NCBI GenBank assembly: GCA_035627835.1
Contig: DASPKX010000069.1
Location: forward strand, 10,451-74,450
DNA length: 64,000 nt
Direction of reading: 5' to 3'
Source: Candidatus Methylomirabilota bacterium
GTDB lineage: Bacteria; Verrucomicrobiota; Verrucomicrobiia; Limisphaerales; SXQI01
The position numbers and the translations under genes were made by a program. Position 1 is the stretch's first letter, and each line of letters begins with the position of its first letter. Shown here piece by piece: positions 18,005-26,057 of the stretch. Below the pieces are notes generated by a model. The model was not told the origin of the DNA, did no database searches, and was given only the letters and a program-made list of their open reading frames with translations.

Positions 18005-19315
18005 TTAAACCTGGAACCAGCTCTTATCAAATTCCAAGCGGCCGCCTTTGCGGATGGCTTCGTTGGTCTTGATTGCGATCACTGCTGAGGTGTAGCCCGC
18101 TTCCCACCCGGCGCTCGGCTGCTTCTTCTCGTTGATGTTCGCCACGAACTCTTCGAGCGCGTAGAACAAGGGAGTGTCGCTGTCAGAAGCGCCTTCAGCG
18201 GGTTTCTTGCCCTGCGCAAGGAGCTTCGTGGCGTTGGCGACCAGGGCGATGCCCGTTTCTTTGAAGAATTCTTCTTTGCGAGCGTAGACTTCCCAGCCGA
18301 GGAGTGGAGAATCGACTTCCTTGAACATCCAGGCGCGCTGGTCGCGGAGCATGAGGGCACTCTCGGTGCCGTAGAAGACGTCGTAGCTGCCTTCGAAGGA
18401 GTTGCCCAACGTGGCGGTGTAAACGAACCGTTGCTTGCGGGGAAACTCGATTACGGCCTGGATCGTGTCGGGCACATCGCGGCCATCGCTCCATTCGATG
18501 ATGCCGCCGAAGCCGGTGGCGGCGATGGGGAGGCTGTTGAAATACCAGGAGGCGACATCCACCTGGTGCACGCCGACTTCCCCGATGAGGCCAGTGGAAA
18601 GCTCGCTGTCCAAGCGCCAGTTGAGTTCCTTCTCGCGATCTGCGTTGGGTGAAGCGCGGCGCCAGCTTTGGCGTTTGTGATATTGGCCGCGACCGAACAG
18701 GCCTTTGCCCATAGCGCCGGAACGGACGAAGTTCAGCACGTGATGGTGCTGCGGATTGGCCCGATATTGCAGGCCGACCTGGAATATCTGGGCGCTCGCA
18801 TTTTTCGCAGCCTGCGCAATCGCCTTGGCGTCTTCAACGCTGTGGGCCATGGGAGCTTCGCAATAGACATGCTTCCCCGCCTGGAGAGCTTCGATGACGA
18901 TCTGCTTGTGCTGATGCGTTGGGGTGGCAACAACGACGGCCTGCACGTTTTTGTTGTCGAGCAGCTCCTTGTAGTTCTCGTGCTTGGAGGCTTTTGCCGC
19001 TGCATCGCCAGCACGACGGAGTGAGGCGGCGTAAGTTTCGGCAACTGCAACAACAGGAGCGTTGGGCAACCGCGCGAGGGTTGCGAGGATGTCCTTTCCC
19101 TGAGCGCCAAGCCCGATGACGCCGAAGTTCACCGGAGGGCCGGCCTGCTTCTCCTTAAAGTTAGGATCGGCCTTCGGCACCGGGAGCGTCTTCTGCTCGT
19201 CTGCAGATTGGGCGGTGATCTCCACGCCGCCCATCATCATCATCATGGAAGCGAAGGAGCTTCCCTTAATGAAGTCCCGGCGGTTGAACGAGTAGTCAGG
19301 CTTGGATTTTTTCAT
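18005..19315 (-). CDS. Tat-exported Gfo/Idh/MocA-family oxidoreductase
   Basis: 436 aa. FNRRDFIKGSSFASMMMMMGGVEI is a twin-arginine signal. VNFGVIGLGAQGKD is the Rossmann GxGxxG. The EAPMA block is typical of the family. Confidence 0.85.
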   Translation of the reverse strand: MKKSKPDYSFNRRDFIKGSSFASMMMMMGGVEITAQSADEQKTLPVPKADPNFKEKQAGPPVNFGVIGLGAQGKDILATLARLPNAPVVAVAETYAASLRRAGDAAAKASKHENYKELLDNKNVQAVVVATPTHQHKQIVIEALQAGKHVYCEAPMAHSVEDAKAIAQAAKNASAQIFQVGLQYRANPQHHHVLNFVRSGAMGKGLFGRGQYHKRQSWRRASPNADREKELNWRLDSELSTGLIGEVGVHQVDVASWYFNSLPIAATGFGGIIEWSDGRDVPDTIQAVIEFPRKQRFVYTATLGNSFEGSYDVFYGTESALMLRDQRAWMFKEVDSPLLGWEVYARKEEFFKETGIALVANATKLLAQGKKPAEGASDSDTPLFYALEEFVANINEKKQPSAGWEAGYTSAVIAIKTNEAIRKGGRLEFDKSWFQV

Positions 19316-19383
19316 GCGACAGTCAGCGATCGGGCAAAAGTTGCCTTAATATGTAGCGCCAGTAACGGCTCGTCACAACTCGC

Positions 19384-20745
19384 TTACTTGAGGGCCTTGA
19401 CGCGGATGTTGCGGAAAGCCACGGCGCCATGGTCGCCCTGGAGGAACACTGGGCCTGGCTGGTCCAGGTTGTCGTCCAACTGGCTTCCAGTGGCTTTGGT
19501 GACTTCGACATTGTCATGAACCTTCACGCCGTTCAGATAAACGGTGATGCGGTTGCCCTGGATGGTGGCTTCGACTTCCTGCCATTCACCGGGACGGCGG
19601 GAGGCGAACATGGAAACGGGCTTGGTGTTATAGATGGCGCCGTTGCCGCCCATGCCGGGCTTGTTGCCTTCAAAGTCGTCGAGGATTTGGATCTCGTAGC
19701 GGCCACGAAGATAGAACCCGCTGTTGCTGCCCTTGGGGACTTGATACTCGTAGCGCACGGTAAAGTCGCGGAACTTTTCTTCACTAATGAGGTCTGTGCC
19801 GTGGACATCTTTGCTGGCGGTGTTCACGAGCATGCCGTTTTGCACGCTCCAGCTCTTGGCGCCGTTCGGGTTGCGGAGCTTCCAGCCTGAAAGGTCCTTC
19901 CCGTTGAACAAAGCTTTGAACCCTTGTTTGCGCTCTTCATCGCTGATCTTGTAGGAGTAATCCTGCGGCTCGGAATCGCCCTTCTCCAGGCCGAGAGCCC
20001 AGCGGATGCCGCCGAGGATGTGGTCCTGGTATTTGTCGCTGGTCCAGACATCTTCACGATGGCCGAGCGAGGTGTAGAAGACTTTTCCTTTGCCCACAGT
20101 CTTGCACCAGGCGATCGGATAATCGCCGGGGGCCTTGGTGTTTGGATGCTTGTCCAAGTTCAACAGGCGATGCACGCCGTTGGATTGGAAGCTCTTCATC
20201 AAATAGATCTCATCGAAAACGGTGTAGCTCGTGCCGAGCGGCTTGGTGGATGGGTGGTTCGGGGAGTGGTTGAGGCACTCGACCCCGGCTTGCTCGTGGT
20301 GGACCAGGAATTCGCCACCGAGCATGTCGATGAAGGGGCGGAAGCCATGGAAGGTGTCGCTGGCAGAGTGCATGCCAACGAAGCCTTTGCCGGACTTCAC
20401 CCAATCGATGAACGCTTGCGGATCGGGCACAGCGAGGTCGCCGGTAGTGTTCGCGAAAATGATGGCGTCGTAGTTCTTGAGCGCTTCCTTGCTCATCTTT
20501 TCGCGGACGTCCGTGTCGTCTTTGCCGTCCTTGCCGCCGCGCGCGTAGTCAACAGTGAAATCACCCGTGCGCTTGGCGAGGCCATCAAGGACCGCTTCGG
20601 CAATAGGGATGGAGCTGTGGCGAAAGCCTTTGGTGGCGGTGACGACGAGCACACGCTTGGCTTCAGCAGCGTGCAAGGCAGCCGCAAGCAGCAAGGCGCT
20701 GGCTGCCAACATTGTGCGACGGAACAGGCGAACGGTTTGGTTCAT
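19384..20745 (-). CDS. secreted ThuA-domain / DUF1080-domain fusion protein
   Basis: 453 aa with a signal peptide. The N-half KRVLVVTATKGFRHSSIPIA...FVGMHSASDTF...WCKTVGKGKVFYTSLGH is ThuA-like. The C-half FKALFNGKDLSGWKL...FTVRYEYQV...GFYLRGRYEIQILDD...GAVAFRNIRVKAL is DUF1080-like. Confidence 0.85.
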   Translation of the reverse strand: MNQTVRLFRRTMLAASALLLAAALHAAEAKRVLVVTATKGFRHSSIPIAEAVLDGLAKRTGDFTVDYARGGKDGKDDTDVREKMSKEALKNYDAIIFANTTGDLAVPDPQAFIDWVKSGKGFVGMHSASDTFHGFRPFIDMLGGEFLVHHEQAGVECLNHSPNHPSTKPLGTSYTVFDEIYLMKSFQSNGVHRLLNLDKHPNTKAPGDYPIAWCKTVGKGKVFYTSLGHREDVWTSDKYQDHILGGIRWALGLEKGDSEPQDYSYKISDEERKQGFKALFNGKDLSGWKLRNPNGAKSWSVQNGMLVNTASKDVHGTDLISEEKFRDFTVRYEYQVPKGSNSGFYLRGRYEIQILDDFEGNKPGMGGNGAIYNTKPVSMFASRRPGEWQEVEATIQGNRITVYLNGVKVHDNVEVTKATGSQLDDNLDQPGPVFLQGDHGAVAFRNIRVKALK

Positions 20746-20962
20746 AAAAATCTACACTCCTAAACTGGTTTTCAGCGCGGTGGCGCTGCCATCTGGGACC
20801 CCGCTTGTTTACCCTGATCCAATTCAGGGTCAAGGTTGTTTGCTTGGGGCGCGGGTCGATTGGCTTCTGTCTTTGACGCCAGCAGATCCCGCATCTTCAA
20901 AATGACTTCTCTGCCCTAGAAGCGTTTTGGACTGGCGCTCACTCCCCCCCATAAAAATGACT

Positions 20963-21046
20963 ATGTTTTTGCCCTTTGAGTGTGTTTTGCGGGGGTTTTA
21001 GTGTGTTTTTGAGTGGGTTTTTTGTGTGTCAGGGACTGTGTTTTGG
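20963..21046. repeat. iterated GT-rich (CA-rich on the minus strand) motif, about five imperfect copies
   Basis: atgtttttgccctt / gagtgtgttttgcggg / ggttttagtgtgtttttg / agtgggttttttg / tgtgtcagggactgtgttttgg. The core GTGTGTTTT(T)G recurs every 13-18 nt in a roughly 640-bp non-coding gap upstream of the ThuA-DUF1080 gene. Confidence 0.6.
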
Positions 21047-21386
21047 ACGTTGCCGCCCTGCATGCTTCATACCCGCAGCAACGATAAACGGGTGCAGACC
21101 GAGTCTCCGACTGAGACGGAGAGTAAGTCGTCTGCCTGATCACTGCCCACCTAGATGTTTGTGGCACCAGCCTCGGCGCGAATCAATATGGACTTGTAAC
21201 GTAACTTGCCAAGCGCGTCAACCGTTTTTTACAACGGTTACAAGGGCAGCGGGTGAACAGCAGAACGCAGGGCTCTCAGAAAAGTTCGCAGAGAGGCCAA
21301 GGGGGAGCGGTGTTTCGCAGGATAGATGACGCAGACAAGAGGCTCGTGGGTTTGCGAGAGATTCTGCAGTTCTTTACCATAGCGGA

Positions 21387-21758
21387 ATGAAAACGAGCGT
21401 TTCCGTGCTGGTCATCGCGGCGCTCTTTGTCGCCCTGCTCCTTAGTTGGGAACTCTTGGATTTTTGGCGCTCGAAAACGGAAAGCTGCGACAGGATAAAT
21501 ACTTCCGCAGTAGAGGGGAGTCTCGTTGTTTCGCTAAGGGCTCTTGAACTCTTGCGCAGCAATGAAGTCGCTGCAGCGTATTTGCGATTGCAGAACCACG
21601 CTTACGCTTGTGGGACCATGCTTTTGCAATCCGAGGAAGCACAGGCCGATCCGGGCATTCGCAGCTTGGCCGAGGAGCTTTATGCACTTCGGAACACCAA
21701 CGGCACACACACGTCAACCATGGTTGAGAGGCGTTTTCAGGAGCTGTTAGAGAAATAG
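21387..21758 (+). CDS. membrane-anchored hypothetical protein
   Basis: 123-aa ORF with an N-terminal TM (VSVLVIAALFVALLLSW) followed by a helical-looking domain. It sits in the more AT-rich islet. I recognise no family. Confidence 0.45.
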   Translation: MKTSVSVLVIAALFVALLLSWELLDFWRSKTESCDRINTSAVEGSLVVSLRALELLRSNEVAAAYLRLQNHAYACGTMLLQSEEAQADPGIRSLAEELYALRNTNGTHTSTMVERRFQELLEK

Positions 21759-21814
21759 CGCAGGATCGAGGCAGAACAGATGGCCGGGTGAACGCGGCGC
21801 GACTTACCGCAAAT

Positions 21815-21861
21815 CAAAGGCCAACCACCCAAAAGCAAAGGCCAACCACCCAAAAGCAAAG
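21815..21861. repeat. 21-bp direct tandem repeat, 2.2 copies
   Basis: caaaggccaaccacccaaaag occurs twice back to back (21815..21835, 21836..21856), followed by caaag. It lies 24 nt upstream of the next ORF. Confidence 0.9.
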
Positions 21862-21884
21862 TAGGCGATGAGTCACCACACATC

Positions 21885-22352
21885 ATGAATGCGCGATTGG
21901 AAGAACTTATTGAAGGCAGCGAACGTCTCACCTCGGTGTTCGGCGCTTGGCCAACATTCCACGATGCAGAAGTTGTGGAGCTGTATTTTGAGCGCGGGGA
22001 AGTCAACGAAGCGAGGAACGTCTTTGAGTTGCCGCGGCTGCTCGTCAAAGTTTTGCTGTTCGATGAGTATATGGGCCGGTTGCCGTTCGAGCATCAAAGT
22101 ATCGCGACGATCCTATTCAATGAGATTGAAGGGTTCTCAATGAAGGACTTTAATTATCAAAACGCAATCTACGGCTTGGACATTGAACCTTTTGAACGGG
22201 AGCCCACGCGTTTCAAGGTCTGTTTTGATGGGGCCTTCGGAATGAGCGCAGAGTTCAGATCCTCGGGCATTAAGGTGTTGAGCGTCATCGCATCGCAGCG
22301 AGGGGTCAGACCTGAGCTGGGTTTTGCGGAAAGTGACATGAAGGCCAGGTAG
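21885..22352 (+). CDS. small cytoplasmic hypothetical protein, possibly a polymorphic-toxin immunity-like protein (Imm50-like, tentative)
   Basis: 155-aa ORF with no signal peptide. The N-terminal FGAWPTFHDAEVVELYFERGE...LLVKVLLFD pattern resembles what I recall of Imm50-type immunity proteins. This is memory only. Confidence 0.5.
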   Translation: MNARLEELIEGSERLTSVFGAWPTFHDAEVVELYFERGEVNEARNVFELPRLLVKVLLFDEYMGRLPFEHQSIATILFNEIEGFSMKDFNYQNAIYGLDIEPFEREPTRFKVCFDGAFGMSAEFRSSGIKVLSVIASQRGVRPELGFAESDMKAR

Positions 22353-22831
22353 GCAACGATCCAGAACAGGGATGCAAACGGTCGTGCACTGCTTAAGGTC
22401 ACGTTAGTAAGGGGGATGTTGTTGAGAACTGATCCAAGATCGAGTGGCTTCACTGCGTTGTGGGTTTTGTGCGCCTCCATACGGAGGCTGGCATATGTGA
22501 GGATGTTTAACCCACGGGCTGCGCTGGCGCTTGCCCATGGGCTAGTCTGTTTGGCCACATCCGTGGCCAGCAAATATATGAGGGGATGGCGCCGTATTCA
22601 GCCTAACGGGAAGGACTCAACCTGAAGGTTGAGGCTACAAGGAGGAAGCTTGCCGTCGGGTTGAAAGATTTCTGACTTGTAGAAGCCGTCCCACTCACCT
22701 CCGCACCGAGCGTGCGGGGATGACGAATAATATAGCCCAACGGCTTGCGCTGCTCTGTGGGGGCCGCCAAGGCTCAGGAAGACGCAGCGGCCGCGAGGTC
22801 GGAACTGGCAAGTGCGCCTGAGCATTGCGAT

Positions 22832-23692
22832 TTACTGAGCGCCTGGCCTTTTGGCGGGCGGTTTGTATTCGGCGTGCCAGGAGAGTTGCCAAAGCTTTTC
22901 CAAGGGGACGGTCTCGCTGTGGCCGTCGTAGAAGCCGATGTTAATCCCGCCGGGCAAAGTCTCCTTGATCGCAGCCGCTGGTGGGGGCGAGGACGGAGCG
23001 CGTCCGTGCCGCGGAATGGCGAAGATTTCCATGCCGCGCGGATAGAAGTGCTCCGGTGGGCGGCCGCGATTTGCATCGTGCGGCCGCAGAAGATTGGTGG
23101 AGGGAAGATCGATCGCATGCGGCGTGGCGGCGAGGTCGGTGGCATCACCGAGCAGCGGGGTGCGGGCGGGTTCGATAACACGAGTTTCGCTTGTGAAAAG
23201 ATCTTTGGCGCGCAAAGGGGTCTTGCCGAGCTTGTAGAGAGAAGCTTCCAGGAAATGGAAGTTCACCCCAAAGCTTGCGTGATTGGTGGCGCGAAACTCG
23301 TAGCGATTCTGTGGGTCGGCGCCAAGGCCTCCATACCAATTGGCTCCCCAAGCGCCCAGGGTGCTCGCATTTAGGTGATCTTCGCGGATGGGAGCCGTGG
23401 GGCAAATCCAGGCCCCGTTAGTTTTCTGCATTTCACCAAGCCACCACTCGAAGATCTCGGGCTCAGCCAGGTTAGGGGCATCCTGAGCAGCGAGAAGAAA
23501 GCTAAGGGTGATCTGGCGGGATTGTCCGAGGCAGCGGGCGGTCTGGGCTTTGCGTTTGGCACGGGAGAGGGTTGGCAGCAGGAGTGAGGCGAGTATGGCG
23601 ACGATGGCAATAACGACGAGCAGCTCAATAAGGGTGAAGGCCCCGCGCCTTCGCAGCAATGCCCGCGCATGGGATTGCGCCATCAGAGACAT
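22832..23692 (-). CDS. DUF1559 / prepilin-type N-terminal cleavage-methylation protein with an H-X9-DG C-terminal motif
   Basis: RGAFTLIELLVVIAIVAILASLLLP is the type IV pilin-like leader and hydrophobic helix. The C-terminal GGINIGFYDGHSETV fits the H-X9-DG processing-associated motif common in Planctomycetes/Verrucomicrobia. Confidence 0.85.
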   Translation of the reverse strand: MSLMAQSHARALLRRRGAFTLIELLVVIAIVAILASLLLPTLSRAKRKAQTARCLGQSRQITLSFLLAAQDAPNLAEPEIFEWWLGEMQKTNGAWICPTAPIREDHLNASTLGAWGANWYGGLGADPQNRYEFRATNHASFGVNFHFLEASLYKLGKTPLRAKDLFTSETRVIEPARTPLLGDATDLAATPHAIDLPSTNLLRPHDANRGRPPEHFYPRGMEIFAIPRHGRAPSSPPPAAAIKETLPGGINIGFYDGHSETVPLEKLWQLSWHAEYKPPAKRPGAQ

Positions 23693-24192
23693 TGAAGATT
23701 AATATCAGTATTAAGGGCCGGACGGCAATTGGAATCGGGACGCTGCGCTTGCCGGCGCCACGTGTTATTGCCCCAAATGCTCGAAGAACGGGCTGCTTCG
23801 CTGCCACAGCCGCACCGTGCGTCCCCTGTTTTTTCGCGAATCATCTGCGGGCCTGCCCAATGTCCAGCTTCCAGAGCCCATTCTCCTTGGCTTAAGCATG
23901 TGCGTGTTCCGCTCCTGACATCGCCATATCGCTGCACATAAGCGATGGCGCGGGTTTGTCGTAGAAGCCGTCTCAGAAATACCCAAGCAGCGTCTTGCGG
24001 GTTTTCTGGCCGGATGCTTCGTTGCTCCTGAGTCGCACATCCATGCGGATATGCTCCTTCGCCGCGCCTCGCCTCCAGCCAAAATCGCTCGCAATCCACT
24101 TGCTGGTTATTCATGAGACGGCTTCTAGTGAAGGCACGGCACGAGTGACTGGAGTGCGGAAGGAATGATAGAATAAGCTAACAAAATCAAAG

Positions 24193-24756
24193 ATGGCGGC
24201 GTACAACCTACTCATGAAAGCCTTCCGACGCATCATCCTTGCTTCCGCCGCGGCCGCTTGCATTGGACACGCCTGCGGACAACTCCTCCCTCCGGAAGGT
24301 GACGGCGCCGCCGGAGGAGCGAAGGCAGTAGAACTGCCAATGCTTCAAGGCGCGTGGCAAGGGTTCCGAGAGGAGAATGTGTTCAGCGATCAACCGCCCG
24401 AGAAGGTCACGATCACGATCACTGGTTCCGCCTTGCGCTTCCATCGCGAGACAAACTTTTGGTTTGAGACAACCTTCACCCTGCCAGCGGGAACAAATCC
24501 GCAACAATTGCACGCCACGATCAAGGCCGCGCCAGCCCCACAGGCGGACAGTGTTGGCCAAGTCGTCGGCGCAATCATCAAGGTCGAACATGACACGCTA
24601 ACAATTGCGGATTACCCGATAAATGAACCCGCGCCTAAAACTTTTGCAGAGGCGAAGGGGCGTTATGTGCTCAAGAAAGTTCAACCTCCCGCTAAGACAA
24701 GCGAATCCAAGGTTCCTGAAAAGAGTGCGACGCAGAAAATCACCCCGCTAGGCTGA
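24193..24756 (+). CDS. secreted hypothetical protein, TIGR03067-like domain (tentative)
   Basis: 187-aa ORF with a signal peptide (IILASAAAACIGHACG). LQGAWQGF...ITITGSALRF...AIIKVEHDTLTIAD...PKTFAEAKGRYVLKKV follows the LqGtW...l.i.g....giyk.egd.L.i pattern I recall for the planctomycete TIGR03067 domain. Confidence 0.55.
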   Translation: MAAYNLLMKAFRRIILASAAAACIGHACGQLLPPEGDGAAGGAKAVELPMLQGAWQGFREENVFSDQPPEKVTITITGSALRFHRETNFWFETTFTLPAGTNPQQLHATIKAAPAPQADSVGQVVGAIIKVEHDTLTIADYPINEPAPKTFAEAKGRYVLKKVQPPAKTSESKVPEKSATQKITPLG

Positions 24757-24785
24757 ATATGACTCGGTGACGTTGCTGTGGTGAG

Positions 24786-25238
24786 TCAATGCGCAGCGGC
24801 GCTGCGGTGGCCGCAGAACTCGACTGCCATTTCCTCAAACAATGCTTGGAGATCTTCCAGGCGCGCCGGTTTCTCGAGCACTTTGTTGGCGCCGACTTTT
24901 TTCGCGGCCTCGAACTGGGCCGGGTTGGCCGAGCCGGTCAGGATAATCACCGGCAGATCGCACAATGGCGGCTCCTGGGCGCGAATCCACTCGACGAGGT
25001 CGGTCCCTGTTTCACCGTCCATGAGCAAGTCGGTGAGGATCACGTTGGGCATGGGATAAGTGGCACGATCGGCGTACATCCCTGCGCCGAGGAGGTACGC
25101 GCGGGCTTCGCTGCCATTACGGCAAACTGCGGAGAGTCCGCATAAGCCCCGCGTGAGAAGAGCGCGCCGGATGAGCAAGGCGTCATTGGCGTTGTTCTCC
25201 ACCACCAGGAACCTCGAATGGTCATTGGTCTGTTCCAA
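24786..25238 (-). CDS. single-domain response regulator (REC only)
   Basis: 150 aa. It carries RFLVVENNANDALLIRRAL, ILTDLLMDGETG (phospho-acceptor Asp context) and PVIILTGS...KVLEKP. Confidence 0.8.
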   Translation of the reverse strand: MEQTNDHSRFLVVENNANDALLIRRALLTRGLCGLSAVCRNGSEARAYLLGAGMYADRATYPMPNVILTDLLMDGETGTDLVEWIRAQEPPLCDLPVIILTGSANPAQFEAAKKVGANKVLEKPARLEDLQALFEEMAVEFCGHRSAAAH

Positions 25239-25499
25239 TGGTTTTAATCAACCTCAAGGCGGCCAAGGCATCAATTGGCGCGCCCCCGAGTTTGCTTGTG
25301 ATTCACGCCTGAAGGAACCAAGGGGGTAACTTCCCGATAGCGGCCCCTTTCGGGTGGAGGGGTTTTCCGCCTGATGGGAGGTGGAGGAAGATTAGGGGCG
25401 CGAACGGAACGCGTCCGCATCTGCCTTGGCTGAGACTTCAGCGGAGAGGTTTAAGAGAATGGACGCCGAGGGATGTTCGGGATTGAATGCCGCACACAA

Positions 25500-26057
25500 A
25501 TGGTTTGCAGGGTCGCGACACTCGAGGACTTGCCCGCGATCCGGGAGCTGATCCCGGTTTCGGTGCGCGGGTTGAGCAGGGATTTGTACACCACGGAACA
25601 GATCGAGAGCGCGCTTGTCCATGTGTTCGGGCCGGACACGCAATTGATCGTGGATGGGACGTATTTCGTTGTGGAACACGACGGGAAGTTGATCGGCTGC
25701 GGAGGGTGGAGCCGGCGAGCGGCGATTTTCGGCGGGGATCAGATGAAAGGAGCGGTCGACCCTTTGTTGGATCCACTGCGCGACCCCGCGCGGGTGCGGG
25801 CGTTTTTTGTGCATCCAGAATGGGCGCGGCGTGGAATTGGAACGCTGCTGCTGAAGGCGAGCGCTGAGGGGGCGGAGCGAGGGGGATTCTCCACGTTCGA
25901 ATTGGTCGGGACGTTGCCCGGAGAACGGTTGTATCGGCAGCACGGTTTTGAGTTGGTGGAGCGAATCCAGCATCCTTTGGAACCGGGATTGAGCATCGAG
26001 TGGGTTCGAATGCGCGCGCCGGTAAAAGTGGTGTTGGAGTCACTGGCAGCACGATGA
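25500..26057 (+). CDS. GNAT-family N-acetyltransferase
   Basis: YFVVEHDGKLIGCGGWS...RAFFVHPEWARRGIGTLLLKASAEGA...LYRQHGFELV is the GNAT motif A region. ATG at 25500 chosen; the track ORF starts at an alternative codon at 25473. Confidence 0.8.
   Translation: MVCRVATLEDLPAIRELIPVSVRGLSRDLYTTEQIESALVHVFGPDTQLIVDGTYFVVEHDGKLIGCGGWSRRAAIFGGDQMKGAVDPLLDPLRDPARVRAFFVHPEWARRGIGTLLLKASAEGAERGGFSTFELVGTLPGERLYRQHGFELVERIQHPLEPGLSIEWVRMRAPVKVVLESLAAR

Noticed and set aside
20961-21167. 68-aa minus ORF and 117-aa plus ORF across the GT-rich repeat region.
   Set aside because: Their sequences are dictated by the low-complexity GT/CA repeats (runs of T/K/H/Q or F/C/V/G) and are unlikely to be real proteins.
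21815-21861. Possible CRISPR or minisatellite array.
   Set aside because: There are only 2.2 directly abutting copies of a 21-mer with no spacers, and no cas genes in the window. I kept it as a simple tandem duplication.
22169-22573. 134-aa minus-strand ORF.
   Set aside because: It overlaps the 3' end of the better-supported 155-aa plus-strand gene, has no recognisable features, and lies in the hairpin-rich spacer.
23683-24114. 143-aa and 109-aa minus-strand ORFs in the pilin-like/TIGR03067-like intergenic region. I considered a decayed transposase (RAYT-like) or a second DUF1559 gene remnant.
   Set aside because: I could align no catalytic or family motif in any frame. The translations are Arg/Cys/Trp-rich and the ORFs overlap each other. 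I treat the region as non-coding with an inverted repeat.
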